Shown here: one piece after another, positions 1 to 12,000 of the stretch
How positions within the stretch are numbered: position 1 is the first letter of the stretch
Layout of the letters: the number at the start of each line of letters is the position of its first letter
Origin: Azolla caroliniana
Lineage: Eukaryota > Plantae > Polypodiophyta
Assembly (NCBI GenBank): GCA_043228905.1
Contig: JBHGNT010000014.1
Coordinates: 5,704,001-5,768,000, forward strand
Reading direction: 5' to 3'
DNA length: 64,000 nt
Position numbers and translations under genes: made by a program
Notes under the pieces: model-generated
The model's input: the letters and a program-made list of their open reading frames with translations, nothing else
What the model was told of the DNA's origin: nothing
The model's database searches: none

Positions 1-389
1 GATCATCGCGCAAGGGTGTAGAGATGGGAGGATGTTTATGCTCGAAATGAAGGGCGTAGGCACCACTATGTTTGCCAAGGGACAAAAAGTCGAATCGGAT
101 ATTGACTTGTGGCACAAGTGGTTCAGCCATGTAAACTTCCTGCGGCTTCGGGAAATGCAGACAAAGAACATCGTTTTCGGCTTGCCGAAATTTAGTGGCC
201 CAAAGGGTCAAGTCTGTGAAGCCTGCCAATTAGGGAAGCATCACTGACTTCCATTCCCAAATGAAAGAAATCGGCGCCGAAACAAGTTCGATTTAATCCA
301 TTCGGATGTATGGGGATTGGTGCAAAAAGTGAGTATTGGTAGAGGTCGTTACTTTGTAACCTTCAACGATGACTACACTCGGCACACTT
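1..389 (+). pseudogene. pol: Decayed Ty1/copia element A, part 1 (GAG-pre-integrase region and integrase N-terminus)
   Basis: LWHKWFSHVN...CEACQLGK*, then DLIHSDVWG...YFVTFNDDYTR. Interrupted at 390 by element 1. Confidence 0.85.
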
Positions 390-674
390 TGTTGTAGACG
401 AGGTCGTCTATGCGGAAGATCAAGAAGCATTCGATTGCTGTTGAGTACCTGCGTATGACAGATTGTAGGTCGTGCACAGAGAGAGAGAGAGAGAGAGAGA
501 GACACAAAAGACTTTCTTATTCCATAAAGCAATAATACAACATCCAACCTTACAAAGAGGTTACAAGGTCACTATATATAGGGACCGACTTAGGGCAACT
601 ACCCTTTATGCTAATTACATAAATGGCCAAGACGAGATAGTGTGAATACGTCCATTATACACATGTATTCGACA
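390..674 (-). repeat. 3' LTR of copia element 1
   Basis: Matches 5485-5769 with one visible difference in the GA microsatellite. Adjacent to the PPT. Confidence 0.96.
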
Positions 675-868
675 CTCCCCCGTAATGGGCGTATACATGG
701 GTTATCTAAGATTACAGGTATAGACTTAGGTTCTCGGACATATCAGTTTTTGTTCGAGTCGGCAGGGTCCGAAGGCAGAAGACCGAACTGGTCGGGTCGG
801 AACAGTTGAAGCCGATCATTAAGGAACTGATGTCGGTTGTCGGGAACCATCCTGCTCTGTGTCCAGCT

Positions 869-3800
869 CTAACCGGACTGGTTTGTCGTTACGCCCATCT
901 GATGCCGAAGAGACCGAAAGCGGTCTGCCGAGAGACACTTGGTCATTCCATCTGCGACATTGTCGGTTGTGGATATTTTCTCTAGACCGATTTTCCCTGA
1001 AATGACGCAGTCCCGAACGAAGTGATATCGAACGTCGATATGCTTGGAGGCGTTGTGGTGAACCGGATTTTTCGACAGGGCAACAGCACCTTGACTGTCG
1101 CTGTAGACAACTGGAGCTGAGTCATGGTCGACTTGTCGAAATGTGTGCGCCAGCCGACCGAGCCACAAAGCTTCTTTTGCTGCGTCGGACGCAGCTACAT
1201 ATTCTGCTTCGGTCGTTGAGGTCGCTGTGCACTCCTGAAGTTTCGACTTCCACGAAATTGCTCCATTGCCGAATTTGAAGCAGTATCCGGTTGTTGATTT
1301 CCGACTGTCTATACAGCCGGCGAAGTCCGAGTCGGTGTAACCGACTACGCCTGAGGTTCGGTTCGGACCGAAAAGAATGCCATGGTCTTTTGTGCCAGCC
1401 AGATATCTGAACACATGCTTGACTGCGTTCCAATGCGATCGGCCAGGATTGTGCATAAATCTGCTAACGACTCCTACGGCGTGAGAAATATCAGGCCGTG
1501 TCGCGACCATCAGGTACATAAGGGAGCCGACTGCCGGTGCATACGGTACCGACTTCATATCTTCCCCCTCCGGGCCGGATGTCGGGCAGTCTCGCTGAGA
1601 GAGCCGAAGATTCATTGGGAGCGGGGTTGAAGCAGATTTGGCTGATTGCATGTTGAAGCGTTCCAAGACACGTCCGATATAGTCGGTCTGAGACAAAAAG
1701 AGATGTCGTTTATCGCGATGCCGACTAATTTTCATGCCAAGGATGTGTCGTGCCGGACCGAGGTCCTTCATGGCAAACTTCAACCGCAGTTGCCGAACGA
1801 GATCGGCAAATTCGCCCGCGTGGCGTCCAGAAAGTAGCATGTCGTCCACGTAAATGATGAGGAAGATGGGTGATCCATCTTGAGCTGTGTTGGTGAAGAG
1901 ACAATGGTCCTCATCGCTTTTGGAGAAGCCGATCGATTGGATGAAGTCGTCGAACTTCTTGTACCATTGTCGCGGTGCCTGTTTGAGGCCGTATAGACTC
2001 TTCCTGAGTCGGCAGACTAGATGTTCTTGGCCAGTTGCCACGAAGCCTTTTGGCTGCTCCATATAAATTTCCTCCTCGAGATCACCATGGAGGAAGGCTG
2101 TTTTGACATCTAGCTGAATCAGCTCCAAGTTGTCGGCTGCCACTACGCCGAGCAGAAAACGAAGGGTTGTCATTTTCACCACTGGTGAAAAAATCTCGTC
2201 GAAGTCGACGCCATATTCTTGTCGGAAGCCCTTCGCAACTAATCTGGCCTTGTACTTTGGGGTGGTCGAATCAGACGTCTCTTTTAGTCGATAAACCCAC
2301 TTGCAAGGAAGAGCACGTCGGTTCCTAGGTAATTGGACCAGATCCCAAGTCTTGTTTGCCCGAATGGAGTGCATTTCCGACTCCATCGCCAGATGCCAGG
2401 TGGCGGAATCGACAGATGTCGATGCTTCTTCGTAAGACGTCGGTTCGCCGGCGTCGGTGAAGAAGATTCCAGGAGAATACCTCTCCGGAGGTTGCGACAG
2501 TCTCTCGGATCGTCGAGGTATGATTGGACTGGTCGCATCGGGTATCGAGGTCGGATGGTCCGAAAGCGGATTGTTCTGCGGTGCCGAGTCGGAGTTGTCC
2601 GAGTCGGTAGTGTAAGGTTCAGCTACCCGTGAAGCTGACCGTGTGTTGAGAGCGGGGCCTTCTTGAAGGGTCGGCACATCGGAAAACGTTACCCTTCGGA
2701 CTTCGATCGGTTTTTCGGCGGATGGATTCATAGCCGACTCGTTGAACACAACGTCCGAACTTCGAACGATTTGCCTGCGTTCGGGGTCCCAGAGTCGGTA
2801 TCCCATTTCGCCGTCGGATCCATATCCAAGGAAAATGCATTTCCTGGACCGAGGTGCAAGTTTTCGGCGATCATCTTTCGGAATAAGGGCGTACGCCTCG
2901 CATCCGAAGATCCTCAGCTTGTCGTAATTCGGCTTACTGCCGATCCATAGTTCCTGAGGAATTTGAAGTCCTAGAGGTCTACTTGGCGACATATTGATTA
3001 TGTGTACTGCCGTGAGTAGAGCCTCTGCCCAGAAGCCATCCGACAGTCCGGAGTGTTGGAGCATGGAAACTATCCTTTCTTGGATTGTCCGATTCATTCG
3101 TTCTGCAATCCCGTTTTGCTCCGGGCTGTGTGGTGCCGTAAATTCACGTCGGATGCCGCGTTGTCGGCAGAATTTGACGAATTCTTCGGATTTGAACTCT
3201 CCCCCATTGTCTGTCCGAAAGCATTTCAGCTTTCGGTCGGTTTGATTTTCTACCATAGCGAGCCAATCGGTGAAGATCGAGAAGACCTGATCTTTGGTGC
3301 GAATCGGATAAGCCCACACCTTTCGAGTCGAATCGTCAATAAAAGTGACGAAGTAAGAGGCACCGCCGAGAGACTGATGCGGCATTGGGCCACAGACGTC
3401 CGAGTGGACCAAATCGAGAGGTCTCGTTTCTCTTGGTGCTGATGTCGGGTGTGATGCGGCTGCTTGTTTGCCATACTGGCAATGCTCGCAGAATTGATGG
3501 TCGGAGAAGGAGAGTTTGGGGATGTATCCGGCTCTAGATAGGTGCGTGATGCCGGCCTTGCTGAGGTGTCCTAATCTTCTGTGCCATAGTGATGACACAG
3601 GAATATCCACCAAAAACAGGTTACCCTCTCTGAGCGTAACATGTAACGGATACAGTGAGTGTATCTTGGGTCCTCTAGCCAGCAGGAGGTTCCCCCTGTG
3701 GAGTGTCCACCCTCCCGAAGAAAAACCGGCACGAATGCCGTCTTCATCTAGTTGTCCGACTGAGATCAATGGCCTTGAGAGCTCGGGTACATGTCGGACA

Positions 3801-4882
3801 TTGTGGAGTACAAGTGTAGAGCCACCTGCAAGGTTGAGCTCTACTGTGCCGATTCCGATGATGTCACAGTGTTGTGAGTTGCCGACTCGAACTGAGTCGG
3901 AGTGACGGATCGTATATTGCCGAAATTGGGATCGATGAGGAGTCACGTGAAATGACGCGCCCGAATCCAAGAGCCATGTGCTCGATTCTTCAGTCGTGAG
4001 TAGAACTTCTGATCCGACTGGATTTTCGATTGATAGTATATTCGGGTCGTCCGGTAGTACATCAGCTGAGAAGCTGACGTAATTGATCTCCTCATGCCGG
4101 CCACTCTTCTTGTTGTTCTTGTTCTTGAGTGCGCGGCAGTCGGCTTTGATGTGTCCGGGTTTCTTGCAATAGTTGCAGATTCGGTTATCCCGTGACTGGC
4201 TCCGTCTTCGTTGATTGTTTGGCGGCCGTGAGGAATCTCTTCCTCGTATGTTCGATCGGTCTGTCGAACCTTGTACTACGTAAGCGTCGTCTGTTGAGTC
4301 TTTGGCGAAAGACTTTCTCCGAGCTGCTTCGGTCAGGATTGCGCTCGTGACTTCGGAGTATTTAACAGCCGTGGTTGACGCGTTGCACACAGTTGTGACG
4401 AAAGTTTCCCATGATGGGGGAAGACTGCTCATGAGTATCATTGCTCTGAGTTCATCCTCGATTGCCGTCCCCTGTGATGAGATTTGGGAGCTTATGCTTT
4501 CGTACTCATTGAGGTGTGCTTGAACCGAGTCGGATTCTTTCATCCGCAAGTTGTAGAGGCGCCGGATCAGAAACATCTTTGTTGCGGCGACCTTCTTTTC
4601 GTAAGTGTCCGACAGTGTTTTCCACAGTTCGAATGCTGTCGTACACGATTGCACCGTAAAGTATACCGATTCCGATAGGTGCATCCGAATCGTGGCGCGG
4701 ACGATTCTGTCCAGCTTCTACCACTCAATTGGTTTGTATCCTTCTGGAGGTTCTTCATTTTCGATGGGATCGATTTGCCCCTTGACTATGAGATAGTCCT
4801 GCATTTGCTCCTTCCAGAAGTTGAAGTTCGATCCATCGAACTTTCGTAGACTCATTTCTGACGAGCCGGATGTTGATGCCAT
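869..4882 (-). pseudogene. gag-pol: Copia gag-pol polyprotein (Gag, CCHC, PR, IN, RT, RNase H) with one in-frame TAG at 4718-4720
   Basis: ORF 869-4684 carries CNYCKKPGHIKADC, LLDSGAS, HSDVCGP, YVDD and YTDSD. The frame extends upstream through TAG to an ATG at 4882 (MASTSGSSEMSLRKFDGSNFNFWK). Confidence 0.92.
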
Positions 4883-5470
4883 CAAATTCGGTTTCGGTTG
4901 ACGAAGCTCGGTTCGAAGTTGACTACGAACCTTGTTGGAGTGCAGCCGGTTGGCTCACCCGATATCGTTCTAGTCGGATTTGAACCCGAGTCGGTTCGGC
5001 TTCGGATATATATATTGTTGAACTTGCTCGAGTTGACTCCGGTAACTTGAGGGACAGAACCGACTGGTCTTCCCGAATGTCGCCGAGTCGGAGTGAGCCC
5101 GGTTCGCTTCGGATATATATGCCGAATACCGATTATTGAAACCGATTATCTGGACCGATTCGGCTTCAGGTGACTGCAGCGACGAGAGAGACGGATCCGA
5201 CTGATCCTCCCGAATGTCGATCAGCCAGATGAAGCACGAATTTGGGTTGTTGTCAAAGTTGCACAAGGGGATTTCACCTCGAGCGGTTACGATCACAAGG
5301 AACAGAGTACAACCTGCTGGCTTACTCCAAGCAAGGGGATCTAACGCGATGAGGTGCAAACCTCGTTTTTGTTCTTCTTCTCTCTTTCTTCGAATGACGC
5401 GAATACTGTGCAGGCCGTGATGAAGTGAAGAACCGAATGCTGTGCAGGCGGTGATGACGGCCGAACCTCT

Positions 5471-5482
5471 GCTCTGATACCA
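5471..5482 (-). other. Primer-binding site, tRNA-iMet
   Basis: TGGTATCAGAGC on the minus strand, 2 nt from the 5' LTR. Confidence 0.95.
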
Positions 5483-5484
5483 GA

Positions 5485-5769
5485 TGTTGTAGACGAGGTC
5501 GTCTATGCGGAAGATCAAGAAGCATTCGATTGCTGTTGAGTACCTGCGTATGACAGATTGTAGGTCGTGCACAGAGAGAGAGAGAGAGAGAGAGACACAC
5601 AAAAGACTTTCTTATTCCATAAAGCAATAATACAACATCCAACCTTACAAAGAGGTTACAAGGTCACTATATATAGGGACCGACTTAGGGCAACTACCCT
5701 TTATGCTAATTACATAAATGGCCAAGACGAGATAGTGTGAATACGTCCATTATACACATGTATTCGACA
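5485..5769 (-). repeat. 5' LTR of copia element 1
   Basis: Direct repeat of 390-674, followed by the PBS. Confidence 0.96.
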
Positions 5770-6107
5770 CACTTGGGCGTGCTTGATCGAGAAGAAAACC
5801 GAATTCTTCTCTTGTTTCTTGAAGGTGAAAAGCCTTGCTGAACAGGAGACCAGTCGAAAGATCAAGTGCCTAAGGTCCGATGGCGGAAAAGAGTCTTTTC
5901 CGACCAGTTCTCTAGTTATCTGCAGGAGGAGGGAACTCGATGTGAATTCTCTTGCAAATACACTCCGGAGCAAAATGATGTGGCCAAAAGTAAGAATTGG
6001 ACGATAGAGGAAGCGGCTAGGGCAATGCTTGAGGAGAAGCATATGCTGTAGTTTTATTGGGCCAAAACGGTCTGAACAGCCATATACCTGCAAAATTGGA
6101 CTTCTAT
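5770..6107 (+). pseudogene. pol: Copia element A, part 2 (integrase core)
   Basis: KIKCLRSDGGKE, TPEQNDVA..., IYLQNWTS. Resumes at 32438. Confidence 0.85.
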
Positions 6108-6536
6108 TGTCATGATATGGCAAGACTCGAACCCATGACCTTATGCTACATGGGTCGAGCTCTTGACCATTAGACCATACATTGTAATACGTAAAATATT
6201 ATTTTCATTTATGTTTTATTATAGAAAATTGATGTATATTCCAGATTTCTCTGGAACATTCTAGAAACTTCAGGAGTATTCCTTAGAACACTATAAAAGG
6301 AGGCACAAGGCATTATTTCAAACCAAATCGGTTCAATGCCAGTCTTAAGCCTCCTAGCTATTATTGTACATTCTCTTCACATAATATATATCTTCTCTTA
6401 TCATCACTCACTCACTCTCTCCCTCCCTCCCTCCCTTTCACTCACTCTTTACTTCTCTCGAGAGTTCTTCACCTCTCTTAGTACTAATACTTCTTTTAGT
6501 ACTAATTCCTTCTCTGTCTTAGTACTGTTCTTGACA
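6108..6536 (+). repeat. 5' LTR of element B
   Basis: TGTCA...TGACA, TATAAAA at 6292. Repeats at 31997-32437. Confidence 0.93.
6123..6177 (-). promoter_or_regulatory. tRNA-like Pol III A-box/B-box module in U3, antisense to the element
   Basis: Minus strand: TGGTCTAATGG, 33 nt, GGTTCGAGTCT. Confidence 0.6.
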
Positions 6537-6538
6537 GT

Positions 6539-6550
6539 TTGAACCGATTT
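6539..6550 (+). other. Putative self-priming PBS of element B
   Basis: TTGAACCGATTT is the exact reverse complement of LTR 6325-6336. No TGG-initiated tRNA PBS next to the LTR. Confidence 0.7.
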
Positions 6551-6629
6551 TGGTCGATCTTCCTTCCTCCTCTTCCTTTCCTCCTCTTCCTTTTATCTTC
6601 TTATTAATCCTCTTATCCTCCCTAGTAAA

Positions 6630-7772
6630 ATGGAAATTGTTAGCGCTCAGGAATACCAATCTGTTTTCTCGGAGCTCCAGTGCTTAAAAGAGAAATTTGT
6701 AGCACTAGAACAAGAAAATCATCGTTTGTTGGGGGACCTTCAACAAATAGCGCTGGAAAAACAACAACAACATGGGGAGCTGACGTTACGTGTACAACAA
6801 CTCGAAGCGACTATCATATCATTACAACAACAAGGATCAAGCACTCAAGGGATTCACAAAGAACCCAAGATCGGTCTTCTTGCAAAATTTGATGGAACTC
6901 GATCACAGTTTAGAGGGTTTTTGAATCAAGTACGTTTAGTGATACAAATGCATCCTTCTCGATATCCCACCGATGCCTCACGAGTGGGACTAGTAGGCAC
7001 TCTCCTTAGTGGCTCAACGTTAGCATGGTTTGCTCCATTGTTAGAAAAAGAATCTCCATTACTAAATAGTTTTGAAGAATTTATAAGTGAGTTTAAGGCC
7101 TGTTTTGGAGATACTGACACCATAAGGACTGTAATCAACAAAATCCGGCGATTACACCAAGGTGATCGTCCAGCCTCCACATACGCTGCAGATTTCCGCC
7201 TACTCGCTGCCGATATCCCTTGGGATGATCATGCATTGATGGAGCAATTCCGTTATGGCTTACGCAACGATGTCAAGGATTTACTCTTGACCTTCCCCGA
7301 AGAGCCAAAATCATTAACAGAAGCAATTAGTCGCGCGGTGAGATGTGACAACCGCCTCTTCGAACGATGTTCGAAACAACAATTCCAGATTCTAAGGGCA
7401 AGATCAGAGCCTACCTACACCTTAGTGGTAGCGAAACCTTTTCCGAAGGAGTCATATAATGCGCCTCTAGTAAGTTCTCCAACTCTGATGGAAATTGACA
7501 CCACATGTCGTCGTGGACCGCTATCGGAAGAAGAAAAGCAATGACGCCGAGCAAACCGACTATGTCTTTATTGCGGTGGACCAGGGCATATCGCGGTAAA
7601 CTGTCCCCATAGGCCAAGAAGGTAGGTAAACCAAATAGTTGCTAGTTCTGATTGTACTAAACCCGAGTCTATTTTAGTAGGGATATCTCATAGTCCTAAT
7701 AGTACTAATAGCCCAAATCTAGCGAACAAATTTGATGTCCTTAGTCAGTTAGAGGAAGAGTTAAACGATTGA
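6630..7772 (+). pseudogene. gag: Element B gag (PEG10/Tf-like capsid plus CCHC), with premature stops
   Basis: KFDGTRSQFRGFLNQ, LMEQFRYGLRNDVKD. TGA at 7542, then CLYCGGPGHIAVNC. The frame ends at TGA 7770-7772. Confidence 0.88.
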
Positions 7773-8617
7773 GTTCAGCCAAAATAGGAGCCGTTTGGTT
7801 GGACAGCCCTAGATCTATGCAGCCCATTAGTGGTTCCATTCCCTCTAAGCAAGTTAGCAATGTGTTCGTAGCCCAAGTAATAGTTAGTACTAAAAGTACT
7901 CCTCCAGTACATGTCTTAGCACTTCTAGATTCCGGAGCTAATTCTTGCTTCATGGATATGAAATTTGCCCAAGCTCATCAAATATCTCTCAGAAAACTCC
8001 CGTGTCCTGCCTCTGTAGTAGTCATTGATGGTCGTCCCATTGCTTCTGGAAATATCATAGAAGAGTTAGAGCCCGTTAATATTGTCCTAGATAATCTAGC
8101 ATGTGTCGTATTATCTAATATAATTAGCATCCCAGAACACCCCATTGTCTTAGGATTACCATGGTTCAAAATACATAACCCAGACATAGATTGGCGGACA
8201 AGAGAAATCCGGCATCGAAAAGCCTGAGGGTCTACTCATGAGATTGCAACGATTTCACTACATTAGTTGCATGAGGAAGGACGCAAGGAAGAAATGTTCC
8301 TCTTCGCAATATCAGTAAAACCATCTAGCACCAATAAAGAGGAATCCATCGTTCAACTTTCAGAGAAGTATCGTCATTATGCCTATGTGTTTGATAAAGT
8401 ACAAGCCAATACGCTTCCTCACCATCGACCATATGATTGCCCCATCGATTTACAACTGGGGAAAGAGCCACCATGGGGACCAATCTACAATCTGTCACCA
8501 ACCGAACTGGAAGTCCTTTGAGCCTATATAGAGGAGAATTTGGAGAATGGTTTCATACGGCATTCGAAATCTCCAGCCGGCGCACCCATTTTCTTCGTCA
8601 AGAAAAAAGATGGCTCA
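7760..8617 (+). pseudogene. pol: Element B pol part 1 (protease, RT N-terminus)
   Basis: [48 protein letters not shown]. Interrupted by element C. Confidence 0.88.
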
Positions 8618-9072
8618 TATTATAGATCTAGGTACTAAAGTAAGCTTAAGATAAGGATAAAGAAATGAAAGATAGAAAGGAGAAAGAGAAAGAAGGGTGC
8701 CGATCCACCCGACCACCCCCGAGCGAAGGGATCAAGACAGACTCGAGCCTCGATCGGCGTCCCATACCACCGCCGTGGCGTCAAGTCGTACCTGGTGCTG
8801 GCGCGCTCGCTACAAGAGTTGACCCACCACACGAGCAGAGTCTCGATGTAGTCAAAAGATGATCAAATGAGGGTAGCTAGGCCTCTTATTTATAGCGATA
8901 CCCAAGGCCCCCAGGTAAGTTCACACTTGACCTAATGGGTTGTCTCAATCCCGAGGATTAAAAGTAATCCTCCCCTTCTTTACACTCTCGTTTAACCCTC
9001 ACACTTATCCACGTGTATAGAATACTACTATAAATTCTTACCACGGGATATTATATGGTCATGCCCGTAACA
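8618..9072 (-). repeat. 3' LTR of element C
   Basis: Direct repeat of 15558-16012. Confidence 0.95.
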
Positions 9073-12000
9073 TACTCCCCCTCTTTAAAACATTGCACTC
9101 TTGCAATGGAAAGTTAGGGAAGTTAGTTCTAAGAGTATTTTCACGTTCCCATGTGGCATCTTTTATTGATTTATCCATCCATTTTATTTTAAATTCTCGG
9201 ATTTCTTTAGTACGTAATTTTTTTGTTTTAACATCGAGAATTCTTTCTGGTACATGTGGTTTAGAAGATAATTCTTCAGAAGTAACCAGAGTTTCTGTCG
9301 TAACTGTATTGTCGCCAAAACCTAGAAGTTCTTTTAGACGACTCACATGAAAGACTGGATGAATTCCGACACCATCGGGAAGATTGAGACGATAGGCTGA
9401 TGACCCAATGCGTTTGAGGACTGTAAAAGGTCCACAAAACCGTGGGGTTAACTTAGCGCACTTACCCGTAGACAATGTCTTAGAATTGTGAGGTACACGT
9501 AAAAATACCTTCTGTCCAGGGTTGAATACACGAGGTTGCCTATGATGATCGGCATAAAAACGCGCTCTATCTTGAGCTGTTTTTATATTATCTCGTGCAA
9601 TATGCAACATATCTTGCATATCCCGAAGAAAGTTTTGCGTACTTCGCAACTCATCATGATGTATATTAACATCAATCGGGGCTCGTGGCTGAAAACCATA
9701 CATCAACATAAAAGGACTATATCCCGTCGACGTATGCTTGGAGCTGTTATAAGCAAACTCCAAAATTGGGAGATAACGTTCCCATTTTGTTGGTTTCGCA
9801 CCAACGTATGCTCGAAGCATGTCCTCAATAATTTGATTTACTCGTTCTGTCTGTCCATCGGATTGAGGATGATCCGTGGAGCTCATGCTCAACGTAGTTT
9901 CTAACTTCTTAAAGACTTGTGTCCAGAAGTCACTAGTAAACTTTGGATCTCGATCACTCACGATATCCATCGGTAACCCATAAAAACGAAACAATTCGTC
10001 AACGAATTGGTAAGCCAATTCAGGAGCTGTTACCGTGGTTTTAGTAGCAATAAATCTGGCCATTTTAGTTAGTCGATCAACGACAACCCAGATGGCATCA
10101 TGACCTTTTTGGGTGCGAGGAAGGCTAACAATAAAATCCATGGATATACTTTCCCACTTATTATTGGGAATGTCCAAGGGATGTAAAAGTCCTGCAGCTT
10201 TAAGTCGCTCGGCTTTGTTAACCTGACACTGGTGACATTTAGTCACATAGCTATGTATGTCTGGACGCATCTTAGGCCAATAAAATTGAGTGGAGATGAG
10301 AACGAGTGTACGATGTATTCCAGGGTGCCCTGCTTAGGGTGCATCATGGCATTAAAAAAGAATCCTCTTTTTGACCTCGGGTAAATCTGGAACACAAACC
10401 TTCCCATTACGATAGAGCAAACCGTTAGCAATGTGGAAGTATTCCTTCGAGGATGTGGTGGTGTCTGTTCCAGACTCAACTCTTGCCCAGTATTTTGCGA
10501 AATAACTGTCATCAGGATACTTTCCTCGAAGGTGATCATAAAGATCTGATGATATTTCAGTGAAGCTAAGCGTGTTAACTTCATGGATGCGACTTAGTGC
10601 ATCAGCGACAATGTTCATGGAACCTTTACGATATCGTATGGAAAAATCAAAGTCCTGGATGAGATCAGCCCATTGTTCCTTACGACCTTTCAGGTCTTGT
10701 TGGTCACAAAAATATTTCAAGGATTCGTGGTCCGTAGTTACCACAAAGTGATTTCCATAAAGATAATGGCGCCATGTTTTGAGCGCATGTATAACTGCAA
10801 ATAATTCCTTTTCTTGAACGGTATACCGACATTGAGCAGAATCAAGTTTCTTACTCTCGAATGCTATTGGTTTACCATCTTGATACAAGACAACACCTAT
10901 AGCATAATCGCTCGCATCGGTTTCAACCTCAAAAGGTTTTGAAGGATCAGGTAAAAGAAGTGAAGGAGCCTTGCAAACTAGGTCCTTGAGTTCCTTAAAG
11001 GTGAGGTCTAGTGTAGCATTCCACACAATAGGTTTTGTAGACTTACGCGTTTGACCTTTTAAAAGATTAGTAAACGGCGTCGTCAATTGGGAGTAATTAC
11101 GAAGAGACTTTCGCAAAAACCCCACAAAACCAAGGAATGATCGAACTTCTCGAATATTCCGAAGAGTGGGCCAAAGCTTGATTTTCTCAATGCGAGAAGG
11201 ATCAATTTCAACTCCTCGTTCGGTTATGAGATGTCCTAGATAAGTAATTGATTTCTTGAAGAACTCACATTTTGAGATCTTCGCATAAAACTGTTTGTCA
11301 CGCAATGTTTGTAAAACAAAGCGGACATGCCTAGCATGTTCTTGTAATGTACGGCTATAAACTAAAATATCATCCAAGAAAATAACGACAAATTTTCCAA
11401 GTTGTACTCGGAAAATGTCATTCATTTCTTGTTGAAAAGTAGCCGGAGCATTGGTCAAACCAAAAGGCATAACCAAAAACTTGTAATGGCCATAACGCGT
11501 ACAAAATGCCGTTTTAGGAACATCGTCCTCACTTATTCGTATTTGATGGTAGCCAGTACGGAGATCAAGTTTCGTAAAATACCGAGCTCCTTGGAGACGG
11601 TCAATTAGATCGTCAGCCCGGGGCAATGGGTACGAATTCTTGATCGTCACTTTATTCAAGCGTCGGTAATTAATACAAATACGCCATGTGCCCTCTTTCT
11701 TTTTAACCAAGAGAACTGGTGCACCCCATGGAGATTTACTATAACGTATATAACCCATTCGTAAATAGTCCTTGAGTTGCTTAGATACCTCATCTTCTTC
11801 GGATCGACTTAAGCGATACGGAGGTATACTTATTGGTGCAACACCAGGTACAATATCTATACGATGGTCTATATTACGTTTAGGAGGTAACCCATCAGGT
11901 AGTTCACTTGGAAAAACATCATGAAAATCATTTAAGATTTCATCAAGTTGTTGTTGTTCAAAATATGTTAATTGAATCGGGACATTATCGATATTGTAAA

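Larger units (their letters stand above)
390..5769 (-). mobile_element. Full-length Ty1/copia element 1 (Tnt1/Tork-like), inserted in element A
   Basis: 285-bp LTRs at 390-674 and 5485-5769 (TG..CA). TSD CACTT at 385-389 and 5770-5774. iMet PBS 5471-5482. PPT 675-681. Confidence 0.97.

Noticed and set aside
4970-5602. 210-aa ORF as an extra or env-like gene
   Set aside because: It starts in the LTR microsatellite, crosses the PBS and leader, and shows no recognisable domain.
6118-6180. Bona fide tRNA gene
   Set aside because: A and B boxes are present but no acceptor or anticodon stem can be formed, so it is reported as a promoter-like module only.
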